A stretch of 64,000 nt of DNA. Origin: an uncultured Candidatus Entotheonella sp. (GTDB lineage Bacteria > Tectomicrobia > Entotheonellia > Entotheonellales > Entotheonellaceae). Where the stretch lies: assembly GCA_965217185.1 (NCBI GenBank), contig OZ244252.1, positions 2,496,001-2,560,000 on the forward strand, given 5' to 3'. Positions 41,957-53,042 of the stretch are shown in pieces. The notes beneath the pieces are model-generated. The model was given only the letters and a program-made list of their open reading frames with translations, was not told the origin of the DNA and searched no databases. Numbering within the stretch: position 1 is the first letter of the stretch; every line of letters begins with the position of its first letter. A program made the translations under genes and the position numbers.

Positions 41957-43234
41957 TTATCCGGCTACGCTCTCGAGGAGCGGCCGCTCGTGGAATCCAG
42001 GCTGACGGCGATGATAGTCGCTGATGACCTCGCGGTAGATGTCGGCGTACCTCGTCGCCATCCGAGTCGTGGAAAAGTGGGTGCCGACGTGCCGTCTACA
42101 AGCCTGCGGGTCGAGGCTGGGCAAGCGGGCTTCGGCGGCGACCATCTCCTCCATAGAGTTCACGACGAACCCGGTACGTCCGGTGGCCACGATCTCCGGC
42201 ACAGCTCCCTCGTCGAACGCGAGCACGGGCGTGCCACAGGCCATGGATTCGAGCAGGACGAGGCCGAAGGGCTCCCGCCACCGAATCGGAAAGAGCGTGG
42301 CGCGGGCGTGCCGGTACCATTGTTTCTTCTGGTCGCCGCCGAGCTCGCCGATGTAGACGATCTGGCCGGAGCCCACCACGGGCTGAATGACACGTTCGAA
42401 ATAGTCTGCCTCAACCGGAACCCGGCTCACGTCGACGCATGCGTCGAGCGAAGGCTCAAGGTCGGCGAAGAACGCGGCATCGTCTGACTTGTTCTGCACG
42501 CACCCGGCGATCACGAGTGTCGAACCCGTCCGCCGAGCGAGTTCAATGGCGCGATCCTGTCCCTTGACGCGTGACACCCTGCCGATCATGAAGAGGTATC
42601 CCCCGGGGGTGGGAGTCGTCTTGAACGGGAAGTCGTTGATGTCAATGCCGTGATGGACCGTGGCCCATGGCTTGACGATGGGCACGTACTCCGCCGATTG
42701 ACTATCGCTGATCGCTACGAAGTACACCGACTGCTTGGCGACGAGATCCCGGCACTCACGGTGAGCGTGGCGCAGGCCGCTTGCGGATGCCGGGACGTGA
42801 AGAGTCATGACGATCGGCACAGGCGGGTTGAAGCTGCCATCATAGATATAGTCCACCCACTCGTGCATGTGGATGATGTCGACATCGCCCATGGTCGTCC
42901 GGTCCAAGGCCGCCGACAGATGACGTTCGATGAGGTCGCGTCGTTCTGCCGTGTCGTCGCACACGTAGTTCCCAAGGCTCCGAGGCACGGTGACGTGCCG
43001 CTCTCCCGAGATCCTCGCATCCGCGCTGCAGGCCACGATGGAGCGATGGCCGCAGGAACGCAGGCCCCGGTGAATGTTTTCGACGATGGTTTCGATTGGA
43101 TTGTAGCCCAGATCTGTTCCGATCGGCTTGTTGAGAGTACCGATATGCAGCACCGTGAGCCTACGGCCCTCCGGCTCCAGCGTCAACGGGGGCGGGGCCA
43201 GCCCATCCTGCTCAGACAGTACCAGCGTCGACAT
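41957..43234 (-). CDS. GT4-family glycosyltransferase
   Basis: GRVSRVKG, WREPFGLVLLESMACGTPV. Confidence 0.9.
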   Translation of the reverse strand: MSTLVLSEQDGLAPPPLTLEPEGRRLTVLHIGTLNKPIGTDLGYNPIETIVENIHRGLRSCGHRSIVACSADARISGERHVTVPRSLGNYVCDDTAERRDLIERHLSAALDRTTMGDVDIIHMHEWVDYIYDGSFNPPVPIVMTLHVPASASGLRHAHRECRDLVAKQSVYFVAISDSQSAEYVPIVKPWATVHHGIDINDFPFKTTPTPGGYLFMIGRVSRVKGQDRAIELARRTGSTLVIAGCVQNKSDDAAFFADLEPSLDACVDVSRVPVEADYFERVIQPVVGSGQIVYIGELGGDQKKQWYRHARATLFPIRWREPFGLVLLESMACGTPVLAFDEGAVPEIVATGRTGFVVNSMEEMVAAEARLPSLDPQACRRHVGTHFSTTRMATRYADIYREVISDYHRRQPGFHERPLLESVAG

Positions 43235-44239
43235 GTGAGGCTCCTTTCAAAGCTCATGGACTGCGAGCGCCCTGGGGCGCCCACAGCGGGACGGCGACCC
43301 GAACGCGGCGCCGAAAAGAGCCAGGGGGTCGAGAAAAGTGCGACGGCTTTGGTGAGGGCTGGAGCTCAGGACTCGGCGGGGATGCCGAGGGGCAGCGGCA
43401 GGACTCAGTAAGGCACCGAACTTCAAGAGTATACATCCATTGCTCGTTCACCGCTCGTTCACCGTCCGCAGCCGGTAACCGTGCGCCACGTGGTTGGTCA
43501 GCGCGAAGCCCTTCGCGCCCCCGGCGGCGCCGGGGGCGCCGGCTGGGAGACACCTGGCATCTCGACGACGCGGCACACGATGCCGGGCTGCGGGACGATC
43601 CGGATCTCGAAGCAGAGCTCGATGGCCCCGACACGTCATCGCCGGCGATGTGCGCATGTCGCATGATCTGAGCGGTGAGGGAGGGGAGGCTGCGATTCCT
43701 TGGGACGTCGTCTTGACGGCGGGACGACGCGGCTCGGCGTAATGGTCCGCGCGCGCGGCGGCTCGAGCCGCTGGGCTCCGTGCCGCCGGCCGAAGACGCG
43801 TGACGGTCTGAGCAGGATCGAGCGGCCGACCCTCGGATGGCTCCCACTGAGGATGAAAAGGTGCAACGGTTCGAGGCACTGGGTATCGACCGGGCCGTGT
43901 TGCCGTACCGGACCTATGGCGAGGGGACGCAGGCGCAGAAACGCTTTTTCGCGCTCAAGTTTCCCGTGGCCGTGGACGCGAAGGCGGCGACGTTTGTGTA
44001 CGTCGATCCGGGGCTCACCACCGATAGCGAGCTGCGGGCGCGGACTTTCGCCGTGCAGGTCGTCGCCATCGGCACGAGCGCAGCGGCGGCGAACCGGGCC
44101 GAAACCGTACTCAAAAGCTGGACGCGCGACGGCGACGGGCAGGGGACGACGGGCTGGCCGACGTGGCTTCGCCTGGGCGACTGGAACAGAGGCCGTCCCT
44201 TGCAATCCAGGGCGGCCCTTTTCTTTTCCACGGGTGCAG

Positions 44240-44490
44240 GAGAGTGCCAAAAAGTGTGGGGCAATCAGGCAGCGCATGCCTCGGTCGCGGGTGTCCTGCC
44301 CGGTCCACGGTTCTGGGGAGGCATTGTTGACACTTGCGAACTGCTTATCGACCACCGTGTCGATAACCCTCTCTACGATCCCGGTAGAGACACCCGATTG
44401 CCACAGCGGTGTCGGTTGGCCGTCTGTGGATCATGTAGCCATATATCCGCACGAATCCGGAACCACTGCCCCACACTTTTTGGCACTCTC
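44240..44490 (+). mobile_element. 251-bp IS256-like MITE, copy 1
   Basis: perfect 24-bp TIR GAGAGTGCCAAAAAGTGTGGGGCA. Confidence 0.88.
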
Positions 44491-44496
44491 CGTTGA

Positions 44497-44962
44497 GTAA
44501 TGGCGATCCAGGCTGGATTACCAACTACATCTGGGGCATCGCCGACGACGTGCTGCGCGACCTCTACGGGCGCGGCAAGTACCGCGCGTCATCCTGCCCA
44601 TGACCGTGCTACGCCGCCTCGACGCGGTGCTGGAGGACAGCAAGCAGGCCGTCCTGGACATGAAGGCCACCCTCGATGCCGCAGGCGTGGTAGAACAGGA
44701 CTCGGCCCTGCGGCAGGCTGCCGGCCAGGCTTTCTACAACACCAAGTTCATCCTGCGCGACCTGCGGGCGCGGGCCAGCCGCCAGCAACTGACCGCCGAC
44801 TTCGAGGCCTACCTGGACGGCTTCTCGCCCAACGTCCAAGACATCCTCGACAACTTCGAGTTCCGCAACCAGATCCCGCGCCTGTCCCGGGCCGACGCTC
44901 TGGGCAGGCTGGTCGAGAAGCTTACAGCCCCCGACATCAACCTCAGCCCGGCGCCGGGGTAA
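44497..44962 (+). pseudogene. hsdM: type I R-M HsdM N-terminal fragment
   Basis: NYIWGIADDVLRDLY...ILPMTVLRRLDAVLE...YLDGFSPNVQDIL. Confidence 0.8.
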
Positions 44963-45038
44963 CCCTTGTTGGGGGCGTGGCTGCGAGGTGGTGTTCTGGG
45001 CATTGGATGAGGGCTTTCAGGAAAAGGGATTGGCGGTG

Positions 45039-46052
45039 ATGTCGAGGGGTGTGGCCGGAAAGGTTCTGGTGGTGCTTCTGAGCGCGGGATTGTGCGCGGC
45101 GGTGACGGGTTGTTCGCTGAGCTGGCTAGGCGAGTGGTTTGGCGGAAAGAACGGCCGGGTAGAGGGCGAGCCGGCGAAAGGCCGTGAAGCGGGGAGCGGG
45201 GCGCCCGCAGATGCGGCAGCTGCTGTAAGTCCCCGCGCGGGGCGGGGGCTGAAGGGCCAGGCGCCGGAGACGCCGGGGGAAGCTGGAGGACCGGAAGCGG
45301 GGGCTGAGGATTACCGGGTGATACTTTCGTTTTCCGACCTGGGCGTCATCGAAATTGTGCTTGAGGGAGAAGGCGCTGCTCAAGGAGCCTGGCGGTCCGC
45401 TGATGCGGAGGCGCGGAAGAGATGCCGCGCCTGGGGCTACGAAGAGGCGGCGGGAAATGTGCCCTTGGAGAGGGTGCGGCTCTATCGGTGCCAAGGAAAG
45501 GTTGCTTCGGAAGGAGACGAGGGCCAGGCGATGCCGGTGTTGTGGAGGACGGGGGATTTCCGGCGGGTCTTGTGGAATTTTCGCAGCCGTGCGGAGCAGG
45601 GTGACGAACAAGCGCTGGAGATGGTTCAGGGACTGGCGGCCCAGCGAGGCTACCTTGAACGCCGTGCTGAAAGAGGGGGTGCAAAGGCGTGGACCGGCTG
45701 GATGTTTTCGGTGCTTATGGCCTCTGGCGGGGAGGTGCGGTCGGAAACCTGGCGGTGTTTCCCCCGTGGGGAAGGCAGGAACAGCGAGTCGGAGGTGATG
45801 CTGGGCTGGCTGAGTGAAGCCGGTGGAGCCTTTGGAATTGGAGAGGTGTTTGCTTTCGGATTGTCGCATCCTGCGGTAGTCAGGGCTTTGGGGCCGGCGC
45901 TTCGCTGGGATTTCGGCAGGGGTCCCTGGCGGGAGCTTCCGCATGCGTTTGTGATCGAGCCAGACGGTGGCGGGTACCACTTCGATGTTTCCAGTTCCGA
46001 GAATGGTCAGACGGAGGCAAGACGGGTCTTTGATTGCGAGGTCTTGCGTTGA
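45039..46052 (+). CDS. hypothetical lipoprotein
   Basis: long ORF with VTGC lipobox-like signal. Confidence 0.5.
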   Translation: MSRGVAGKVLVVLLSAGLCAAVTGCSLSWLGEWFGGKNGRVEGEPAKGREAGSGAPADAAAAVSPRAGRGLKGQAPETPGEAGGPEAGAEDYRVILSFSDLGVIEIVLEGEGAAQGAWRSADAEARKRCRAWGYEEAAGNVPLERVRLYRCQGKVASEGDEGQAMPVLWRTGDFRRVLWNFRSRAEQGDEQALEMVQGLAAQRGYLERRAERGGAKAWTGWMFSVLMASGGEVRSETWRCFPRGEGRNSESEVMLGWLSEAGGAFGIGEVFAFGLSHPAVVRALGPALRWDFGRGPWRELPHAFVIEPDGGGYHFDVSSSENGQTEARRVFDCEVLR

Positions 46053-46133
46053 GAGTCAGATGCGCTGCGTGCGGACGGCGTCTGACCACGCCACGAACAG
46101 CCGCAAGGCCAGGGCCAAGCGGCGGCGCAGGCT

Positions 46134-46997
46134 GGCCCAGTAACAACATAGCTGTCATAGAGTGCCAGACTCGGCTACGGCATCTTTGATCTGGACATGC
46201 GTGAGCGCTTGACCATCGAATGGCAAGTGGCTGCCTGACTCATCGCCCTCGACGCTCTTTACCTAATACGCCTTTTGTCAAAAGTGACGAAGGACAGGGC
46301 AAGCTGCCAAGCGGGTCAAAGAGAAGCTGAAGCATGGTGCCCAACGGGCAAAATGTAAAAAGTGGAGATGTCCTGCTGACGGACGGGCATGAGCGCGCTC
46401 GCAACTTCCTGAGCGACGGCGAAATGGACGCGCTCCTTGAGGCGAGTAAAAAGGGCCGCCACGGCGTGCGGGATTTCCTCATCCTGCTCATGATGTATCG
46501 TCACGGCCTGCGAGTCAGCGAAGCCGTCCGCATGCGGCGCCAGGACCTGAACCTCAAACGCGCCCGGGTGTGGATTCGGCGACTCAAGAATGGCCTGTCT
46601 GTCGAACATCCGGTCACCGGTGACGAACTACGAGCGATCAAGCGCTACCTGCACACGCGCCACGACGCCCTGCCGTGGCTGTTTCTGTCTGAACGGGGGC
46701 AGCCGATGACCCGACAATCGGTCAACTACCTCACCGGCGCTGCCGCCCGGCGTGTCGGACTCGGCGCGCTTCATCCCCACATGCTGCGGCATTCGTGCGG
46801 GTTTTACCTGGCTAATCAAGGCTATGGCCTGAGGCTGATCCAGGATTACCTCGGGCACCGCGACCCTAAACACACGGTTCACTATACGCGGGTCGCTGGC
46901 GTTCGGTTCGAGCGGATGTGGGGGACGTGAAACAGGGACGAGGTCAGGGGCGCGACGTCAATTTGGCACTTCAGGACAGCTATGTTGTAACTGGGCC
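46134..46997. mobile_element. unit bounded by 37-bp inverted repeats, carrying only a tyrosine recombinase
   Basis: GGCCCAGTAACAACATAGCTGTCATAGAGTGCCAGAC (46134-46170) and an inverted copy at 46961-46997. Confidence 0.65.
46334..46930 (+). CDS. FimB/FimE-like small tyrosine recombinase
   Basis: HGLRVSE, RLKNGLSVEHP, HPHMLRHSCGF, IQDYLGHR, HTVHYT. Confidence 0.88.
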   Translation: MVPNGQNVKSGDVLLTDGHERARNFLSDGEMDALLEASKKGRHGVRDFLILLMMYRHGLRVSEAVRMRRQDLNLKRARVWIRRLKNGLSVEHPVTGDELRAIKRYLHTRHDALPWLFLSERGQPMTRQSVNYLTGAAARRVGLGALHPHMLRHSCGFYLANQGYGLRLIQDYLGHRDPKHTVHYTRVAGVRFERMWGT

Positions 46998-47005
46998 TGC
47001 ACCCG

Positions 47006-47256
47006 GAGAGTGCCAAAAAGTGTGGGGCAGTGGTTCCGGATTCGTGCGGATATATGGCTACATGATCCACAGACGGCCAACCGACACCGCTGTGGCAATC
47101 GGGTGTCTCTACCGGGATCGTAGAGAGGGTTATCGACACGGTGGTCGATAAGCAGTTCGCAAGCGTCAACAATGCCTCCCCAGAACCGTGGACCGGGCAG
47201 GACACCCGCGACCGAGGCATGCGCTGCCTGATTGCCCCACACTTTTTGGCACTCTC
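47006..47256 (-). mobile_element. 251-bp IS256-like MITE, copy 2 (inverted)
   Basis: near-identical to 44240-44490. Confidence 0.88.
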
Positions 47257-47284
47257 CTATGCCGAGCCACTCCCTTGCTGCCGA

Positions 47285-47572
47285 TCAGGCAAGCCTTGAA
47301 CGGTCACCACGCTGATCCCAGACACGCAGTACTTCGATTCGGTCATCAACGACTCGGTAGATGAAAGAGAACGGCGTGCGCGGGATCGAGAATTCTCGCA
47401 CACCCTCCATCTCTTCGACTGGACGGCCCACCAGCGGATTATCACGGATAACGCCGCAGGTCCTGCCATACTGGTCGGCGGCGCGCTTCGCGCCATCCGG
47501 GAAGATGTGAGCGTAGTAGGTGCGCATCCACAGCAAATCCGAACGTGTGGACGGCAAGAAGACAAGCTTCAT
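47285..47572 (-). CDS. ParE/RelE-family toxin
   Basis: NPLVGRP...PFSFIYRVVDDRIEVLRVWDQR. Confidence 0.85.
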   Translation of the reverse strand: MKLVFLPSTRSDLLWMRTYYAHIFPDGAKRAADQYGRTCGVIRDNPLVGRPVEEMEGVREFSIPRTPFSFIYRVVDDRIEVLRVWDQRGDRSRLA

Positions 47573-47575
47573 CGG

Positions 47576-47860
47576 TCACTGCGAAGCGATTTGAACATCG
47601 GGTTCGGGCGGCGGAAGTTCCGAGTCCTCGCCCCAGGAAGAAACCCAGGCGTCCATCGCCTCCTGCGAGATGAAGGCACCCTCGCCGGCTTCCGAGACGG
47701 CCGCGCGGATGGCGGCTCGTTTCTCGGCCCGGTCGCGCAACATGGCCTCGATCGCCTTGACGGCAAGGTAGGATGCAGAACGCTCCTCGCGCCTTGCTTC
47801 CCGTTCAAGGTTCTTCTTGAGATTCGCGTCGATTCGCAAGCTCAATCGTTCTGTCGTCAT
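47576..47860 (-). CDS. RHH antitoxin
   Basis: LSLRIDANLKKNLE...RSASYLAVKAI...FISQEAMDAWVSSWG. Confidence 0.8.
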   Translation of the reverse strand: MTTERLSLRIDANLKKNLEREARREERSASYLAVKAIEAMLRDRAEKRAAIRAAVSEAGEGAFISQEAMDAWVSSWGEDSELPPPEPDVQIASQ

Positions 47861-48105
47861 ACGGCAAATCCTCTGTATGGGTCGGCGGTTGTCGGACATG
47901 GTATGACAGTTGAATAGGTTTGTCGAATCCCGGCCCGCGACAGGTGCCATCTCGCGATCATGCCAAGCAGGTGTCCGTATAAGGCCCCTCTCTTGCAAAA
48001 TTAACCGTACCATGTAAATGATACACATATCGGGCCGTTTTCCGGCACTTCGATACGGCGACACGATGTTACGTTGAACCCCTCCTCTTACGGACACCCC
48101 AGCAG

Positions 48106-48690
48106 ATGACAGCAACCCTGATCGGCTACGCCCGTTGTTCCACGGACAAGCAAGACCTGACGGCGCAGAGGCAGGCACTCGCCGAGCTCGGCGTCGCATC
48201 GGATCGCATCTACATGGACAAGGGTCTGACCGGCACCAACCGCGCTCGGCCCGGCCTGGATCAGGCCATGGCCGCAGTGCGCAAGGGTGACACCCTGGTG
48301 GTGCCAAAGCTGGACCGCCTGGCGAGGTCGGTTCCCGATGCGCGTCACATCGCCGATCAACTGCAGGCCAAGGGGGTGAAGCTCGCCTTGGGCCGAAATA
48401 TCCATGACCCCAGTGACCCGATGGGCAAGATGTTTTTCAATATCCTGGCTACCTTTGCCGAGTTCGAGGCGGACCTGATCCGGATGCGTACGCGAGAAGG
48501 GATGGCCATCGCCCGTGGTGCCAAGGGCAAGTTGCGGGGCAAGCAGCCCAAGCTTTCCGAAAAGCAGCAACGGGAACTCTGCCGCATGCACGCCACCGGC
48601 GACTATTCCATCGGTGATCTGGCTGAGGTCTTCGCCGTATCGAGACCCACCGTCTACCGGACGCTCAGCCGCGCGGCTCCTTCCACATGA
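48106..48690 (+). CDS. serine resolvase
   Basis: GYARCSTDKQ...VPKLDRLARS...AEFEADLIRMRT; res-like TGTCCGTA...TACGGACA upstream. Confidence 0.9.
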   Translation: MTATLIGYARCSTDKQDLTAQRQALAELGVASDRIYMDKGLTGTNRARPGLDQAMAAVRKGDTLVVPKLDRLARSVPDARHIADQLQAKGVKLALGRNIHDPSDPMGKMFFNILATFAEFEADLIRMRTREGMAIARGAKGKLRGKQPKLSEKQQRELCRMHATGDYSIGDLAEVFAVSRPTVYRTLSRAAPST

Positions 48691-48829
48691 ATCGACCTCT
48701 CCCCGGTGCCATGTGTCAGCGGCGAAGAACCCTGCCACTGGATGCACCGCACCGGATACGTCGACGTCTTCACGGCCAAGACGTCCGGATTTCGCGTCAG
48801 CCAGGGCTATCCCGAAGGGGCTCTCCACA

Positions 48830-48858
48830 ATTTCGCATTACCCCGGGTTACGTAAACC
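48830..48858 (+). other. dif-like Xer site (7-bp spacer)
   Basis: ATTTCGCATTA ccccggg TTACGTAAACC. Confidence 0.6.
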
Positions 48859-48875
48859 GTCGATGGCGGTGGGGA

Positions 48876-49709
48876 TCACTTCTTGGAAGGCGACACGTAA
48901 TCTTTCGTGTACTGCCGGGCAAGTTCCTTTGCCTCAGCGCGCGCTTCGAGGGTCATGGATTCAGCGAGATCGTCCCTGACGTGCTCAGCATCCTTATCAC
49001 CTTGAGCAGCGACAACATCGAACCAAGCGTAGGCTTGGACATAGTCTTTGGGCGCACCCTCGCCGTTGTAATACATGACACCCACTTTGAATTGCGCCTT
49101 GGCAAAGCCCTGCTCGGCAAGTCGCTTCCATACCTCGTAGGCAGAGGCATAATCCCCGCGTTCGTAGGCCACCCTGCCTTTTTCGAAGATGCGCTCGCGG
49201 ATGACTTCCCGGTATTCATCCGCAAGGTCTTTTGCGTTGGCGAGTACTTCGGGGGCCAGGGATTCAGCAAGTTCATCCCTGGCCTTCCCAGCATTCTTAT
49301 CGCCTTGAACGGCGGCGTTATCGAACCAGGCGTAGGCTTTCACATTGTCCTTTGGCAGAACCTGGCCGTCCCTGTAATTGAGGCCCAGGTGGGCTTGCGC
49401 CTTAGGGTGCCCCCGCTCCGCGGCCTTACGATACCAGTTCATGGCCTCAAGCGGATTCCACGGTACAACCCTGCCGTATTCGTACATGGCACCTAAGTGG
49501 AGTTGCGCCTCGGCGTATCCCTGCTCTGCCAGCGGGCGAAATTCACGCAGAGCAGCCTCGTAATCACCCCGCTTGTATGCTTCCAGGCCGGCCTGCAAAT
49601 CCGCCGCATGAACTGACCCGAGCAGGACGACAATCAATAGCGCGAGCACCATCCATGCGGCGCCATGACGTACCAACGGCGGGCGCCCCAATGTACCTTC
49701 ATGTGTCAT
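48876..49709 (-). CDS. secreted Sel1-repeat protein
   Basis: LAEQGYAEAQLHLGAMYEYG, AQFKVGVMYYNGEG, AYAWF repeats. Confidence 0.9.
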   Translation of the reverse strand: MTHEGTLGRPPLVRHGAAWMVLALLIVVLLGSVHAADLQAGLEAYKRGDYEAALREFRPLAEQGYAEAQLHLGAMYEYGRVVPWNPLEAMNWYRKAAERGHPKAQAHLGLNYRDGQVLPKDNVKAYAWFDNAAVQGDKNAGKARDELAESLAPEVLANAKDLADEYREVIRERIFEKGRVAYERGDYASAYEVWKRLAEQGFAKAQFKVGVMYYNGEGAPKDYVQAYAWFDVVAAQGDKDAEHVRDDLAESMTLEARAEAKELARQYTKDYVSPSKK

Positions 49710-51028
49710 GGCTTGTTCTTCTCTGCTTACTCATGACTTCGCATAATCCTCCATCCACCATTGCTGGCTCTGATCGGAAAAGTAGCCCTGGTCAGTGGCC
49801 TTATTTTGCCAGATCGGGGCGGGATCAAAGCATCCCCTGGCCAATCCCGGAAAATGTTGTCGGGGCAGTACAGCAACTGTCAGCCGCCTCGTTTGTTATG
49901 CAAAAGCAAAAATCGGGTTTTGGGGAGAAAAAAGGCAGGGTCAGGCAGGCTTGGTGCGGGAAAGCGCGTGTTTTTGCTTTGCGGATAAGGTGCGTCTGCA
50001 CGCCAGGGGATGGCGTGGACCGGCGCCGGCATCGATGCCGGCACGCCGGGGAATCTTGGCTGATTCAGCCGGTTTCGTCGGGGGCTTCGTCGGAAACGTC
50101 CTCGGCTTGTGTCGAGCCTTCGGCGGGCGCCTGGACGCTTCCGCCAGGGCCGGGCAATTCCAGGGAGCCGGCATCCCCCGACACCTCGAGGTTCTAATCA
50201 AGCCGCATCGACAGGGCCCTCCGCGCCGGGCAACTCGAAGTCCGCCCGCGCCTTGGCGACAACATCATCGAAGATCATGCCCGGCGGCAGATCCAGGTCG
50301 GCATCGATCCCCGGATACGTGCGACAGGTCACGCTAGCCACACCGCCCGGAACATCGACTTTCGATGCACTCTCTCGTTTGAGCGTGCGCCAGGCGCCGC
50401 CCACGAAGAACTGGTGGCAGTCCGCACAAAACCGCCGCACGTTCACTGCAGGCCAGGTAGCCGCCTCAGCTTCCGTGTCCGGACGGCAAAGCAGATTCCG
50501 TTCATGCTGACAGGCCTTGCTCACACCGTCTCCTTTCACCATTCGCACCGCTCGTCCGGCGCCGGTTGAAACCACAGCCACCGCCGCGCGCCCGTTTGCT
50601 TCGTTGTCCAACCGCGCGCCAATAGCAGGGCGCGCAACGCTTCCTTCTGCCGATTCGTCTTCACACTGACCGCCAAGCCCTCCAGGGAACACGCCCTGCT
50701 GAACGGCACACCGCCTTTCGGTTTCGCCGGGGCTTCCAGGACCTCCGCCACGTCGACCGGCGTCGGCACCACCGCTTCCAAGACCTCCGCCACGCTGACC
50801 GGCGCGCGCGCCTCTACCACCGTCGCGACCACCGGGCCCCCAGGCAGGCAGTTACCGCAGACCACCTTCCGGCGACCGGCCTTCACGTCGGCTTCAAGCC
50901 CTCGCGTGCTCCCTGGCGATAGCACCGCCAGGGAGCACGGCGCGTCGCAATCCGCACACCTGGGCCGCCAAGTCGAAAGAACGCGATCCCCCTTGCTGAG
51001 TTCGTCCGCAATCATGGCCGTCATTGTA

Positions 51029-51881
51029 GGCGTCATCGCAAGGTTTGTATCCAGAATTACGCTAGGCCACGTAACCCGGCTGCACGGCTTCAGCGTGCCG
51101 CCTTGGCGATCCTGTAGGCTGTTGCCCTACCAATGCCCAGCTGTTTCGCGGCCTGTCCCGGCGTCAAGCCAGCCTCGGCAAGGGTTTGCGCGGCTGAGAC
51201 GGTCTCCCGGTCGAGTGGCGGCCGCAATACCGTCGCGCGTGCGCTCGGAGATGAGCCGACGCTCGAAGTGGGCGATTGCTCCAAAGACATGGAACACCAG
51301 TTCGCCGGCGGCCGAGGTCGTGTCGATGCTTTCTTCGAGGCTGACCAGGCGGATGTCGTGCGCCTTGAGGTTCTCGACCGTTTCGAGCAGTTCCTTGAGG
51401 GGGCGCCCGAGGCGGGTGACACAGAGGCTGTCGCCGGGGCGGGCATGGTCGACCAGCGCGCTCAATCCTGGACGCTCGAACTGTCGTCCCGAGATCACGT
51501 CGACGAAGACACGGATGGCGCCAGCCTGCCGCAGCCGGTCTTCCTGGGCGGCCACATCCTGCTCAGCGGTCGATACGCGGGCATAGCCAAGAACATCGCC
51601 ACTGTGTGTCCTCTTGCCTGTTTCTTTAACGTCCGCTTTAGGGATGGTCTTGCGGCGCTCCACTTTGGTCCCGTTCAAGGCACTCAGATTGTCTCTTTAT
51701 CCGTCTCAATACTTTGGGAGGTCTCAAAACGGCAGACAGCCTTTTGGAGACGCGCCATGGCGTCAAAACGCCTTCTCCTGAATGCCTGTGGGGCAAGAAT
51801 CCGTGCGTAGAAAACCGAAGCCATTCAGGATGCCTTGGCCTTCCTTACCGTAATTCTGGATACAAACCTTGCGATGACCCC
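51029..51881. mobile_element. second TIME-like element with a degraded resolvase
   Basis: same 38-bp IRs as 27207-28100; flanks TTGTA/TTATA. Confidence 0.88.
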
Positions 51882-52136
51882 TTATAGTGCATTTCTACAC
51901 GAATCGGGCTGGTACCCTCATTCAGGGGGCTACCCCGATTCCTGCGACGAAGGCGACCAAGAATTTGACTCACGGCTTCCTGAGGCGATGGGATGAGCCC
52001 AGGTGGGACACGGCGATTCTGGCGTGCCACCCCGGCCGATGGTTGGCTGATGCGGGATCGCGTCGGTCCACCCTTCCTCCAGCAGAGCCCAGGCAGGGTC
52101 ACGGTTGACCCTGCCTGGGAGATTTCAGGCCGTCAG

Positions 52137-52544
52137 TTAGGCAACCTTGATCTCGATCTGACGGGGTACTGCCGCCTTGGTTTTGCGAATACGGAGCTGC
52201 AGGACGCCGTTTTTGAGCTCAGCGTCAACCTGGTCCGTATCCAGCGCATTGTCGAGTCTGAATTGGCGAAGTACCGAGGCCGGCTCATATTCCTGGTAAC
52301 GCGCTTTGCCAGGAAGCATCTGTGGGGCACGCCCCTTGATGGTAAGAACGTTTTGGGTCACGCTCACCTCGAGATCGTCCTGCGACACGCCCGGCAGGTC
52401 CGCCGCGAGGGCAAAGCCGTCCGCCGTTTCGTAAATATCGACCGGCGGCGACATGTAATGCTCAGGGCGGCCATTCGTCGCCGCCACCGCAGGCGTTGCC
52501 TTCGGGGTTTCTGCTACTGCAACATTGTTTTCGGTCATCTTCAA
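52137..52544 (-). CDS. Hsp20 small heat-shock protein
   Basis: PPVDIYET...ADLPGV...AELKNGVLQLRIRK. Confidence 0.9.
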   Translation of the reverse strand: MKMTENNVAVAETPKATPAVAATNGRPEHYMSPPVDIYETADGFALAADLPGVSQDDLEVSVTQNVLTIKGRAPQMLPGKARYQEYEPASVLRQFRLDNALDTDQVDAELKNGVLQLRIRKTKAAVPRQIEIKVA

Positions 52545-52592
52545 TTTCCTCCATGGTTGATTTGGTTTTTCAGTTGCTGCCTTGCACGGCCA

Positions 52593-53042
52593 CTACGCGA
52601 CCGTCTGGATGCTGATCTGCTTGGGTGTATCCTGGCCCAGTTTGGGCATGGTTACTCTGAGCATGCCGTCAGCATACTCGGCGCTCACGTTATCCGTTTC
52701 CACCTCCATAGGCAGGGTGAAGCGGCGCTCGAATTTGCCTTCGGAACGCTCCTTGCGGTGAAACACCTTCGGCTCGGCGTCCGTATGCAAGGGTCGTTTC
52801 TCGCCCGACAGCGTCAGGGTGCGCCGGACCACGGACAGATTCAGGGTCTCGGGATCGGCGCCGGGGACCATGGCCTCGACGTACAAAGCCTCCGGGCCCT
52901 CGTGCAGCCGGATGGACGGGTAATTGCCGAATGCATGGTCTACCATACCCGCCACCGGCGGCGTGAATCGCAGGCCGGTGAAGGCTTTGTCCATCTCGTG
53001 CCACAGGGTCTCGATGTCGTTCCACACAGGACTTTTTATCAT
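52593..53042 (-). CDS. Hsp20 small heat-shock protein
   Basis: LSGEK...ERSEGKFERRFTLP...AEYADGMLRVTMPK. Confidence 0.9.
   Translation of the reverse strand: MIKSPVWNDIETLWHEMDKAFTGLRFTPPVAGMVDHAFGNYPSIRLHEGPEALYVEAMVPGADPETLNLSVVRRTLTLSGEKRPLHTDAEPKVFHRKERSEGKFERRFTLPMEVETDNVSAEYADGMLRVTMPKLGQDTPKQISIQTVA

Noticed and set aside
43440..44230. Degraded ORF (PTEDEKVQRFEALG...FVYVDPG)
   Set aside because: It looks like a decayed mobile-element gene, but I cannot assign a family or boundaries.
50198..51028. Two minus-strand hypothetical ORFs with CxxC motifs
   Set aside because: No recognisable family, and the 5' end is cut by the TIME element.
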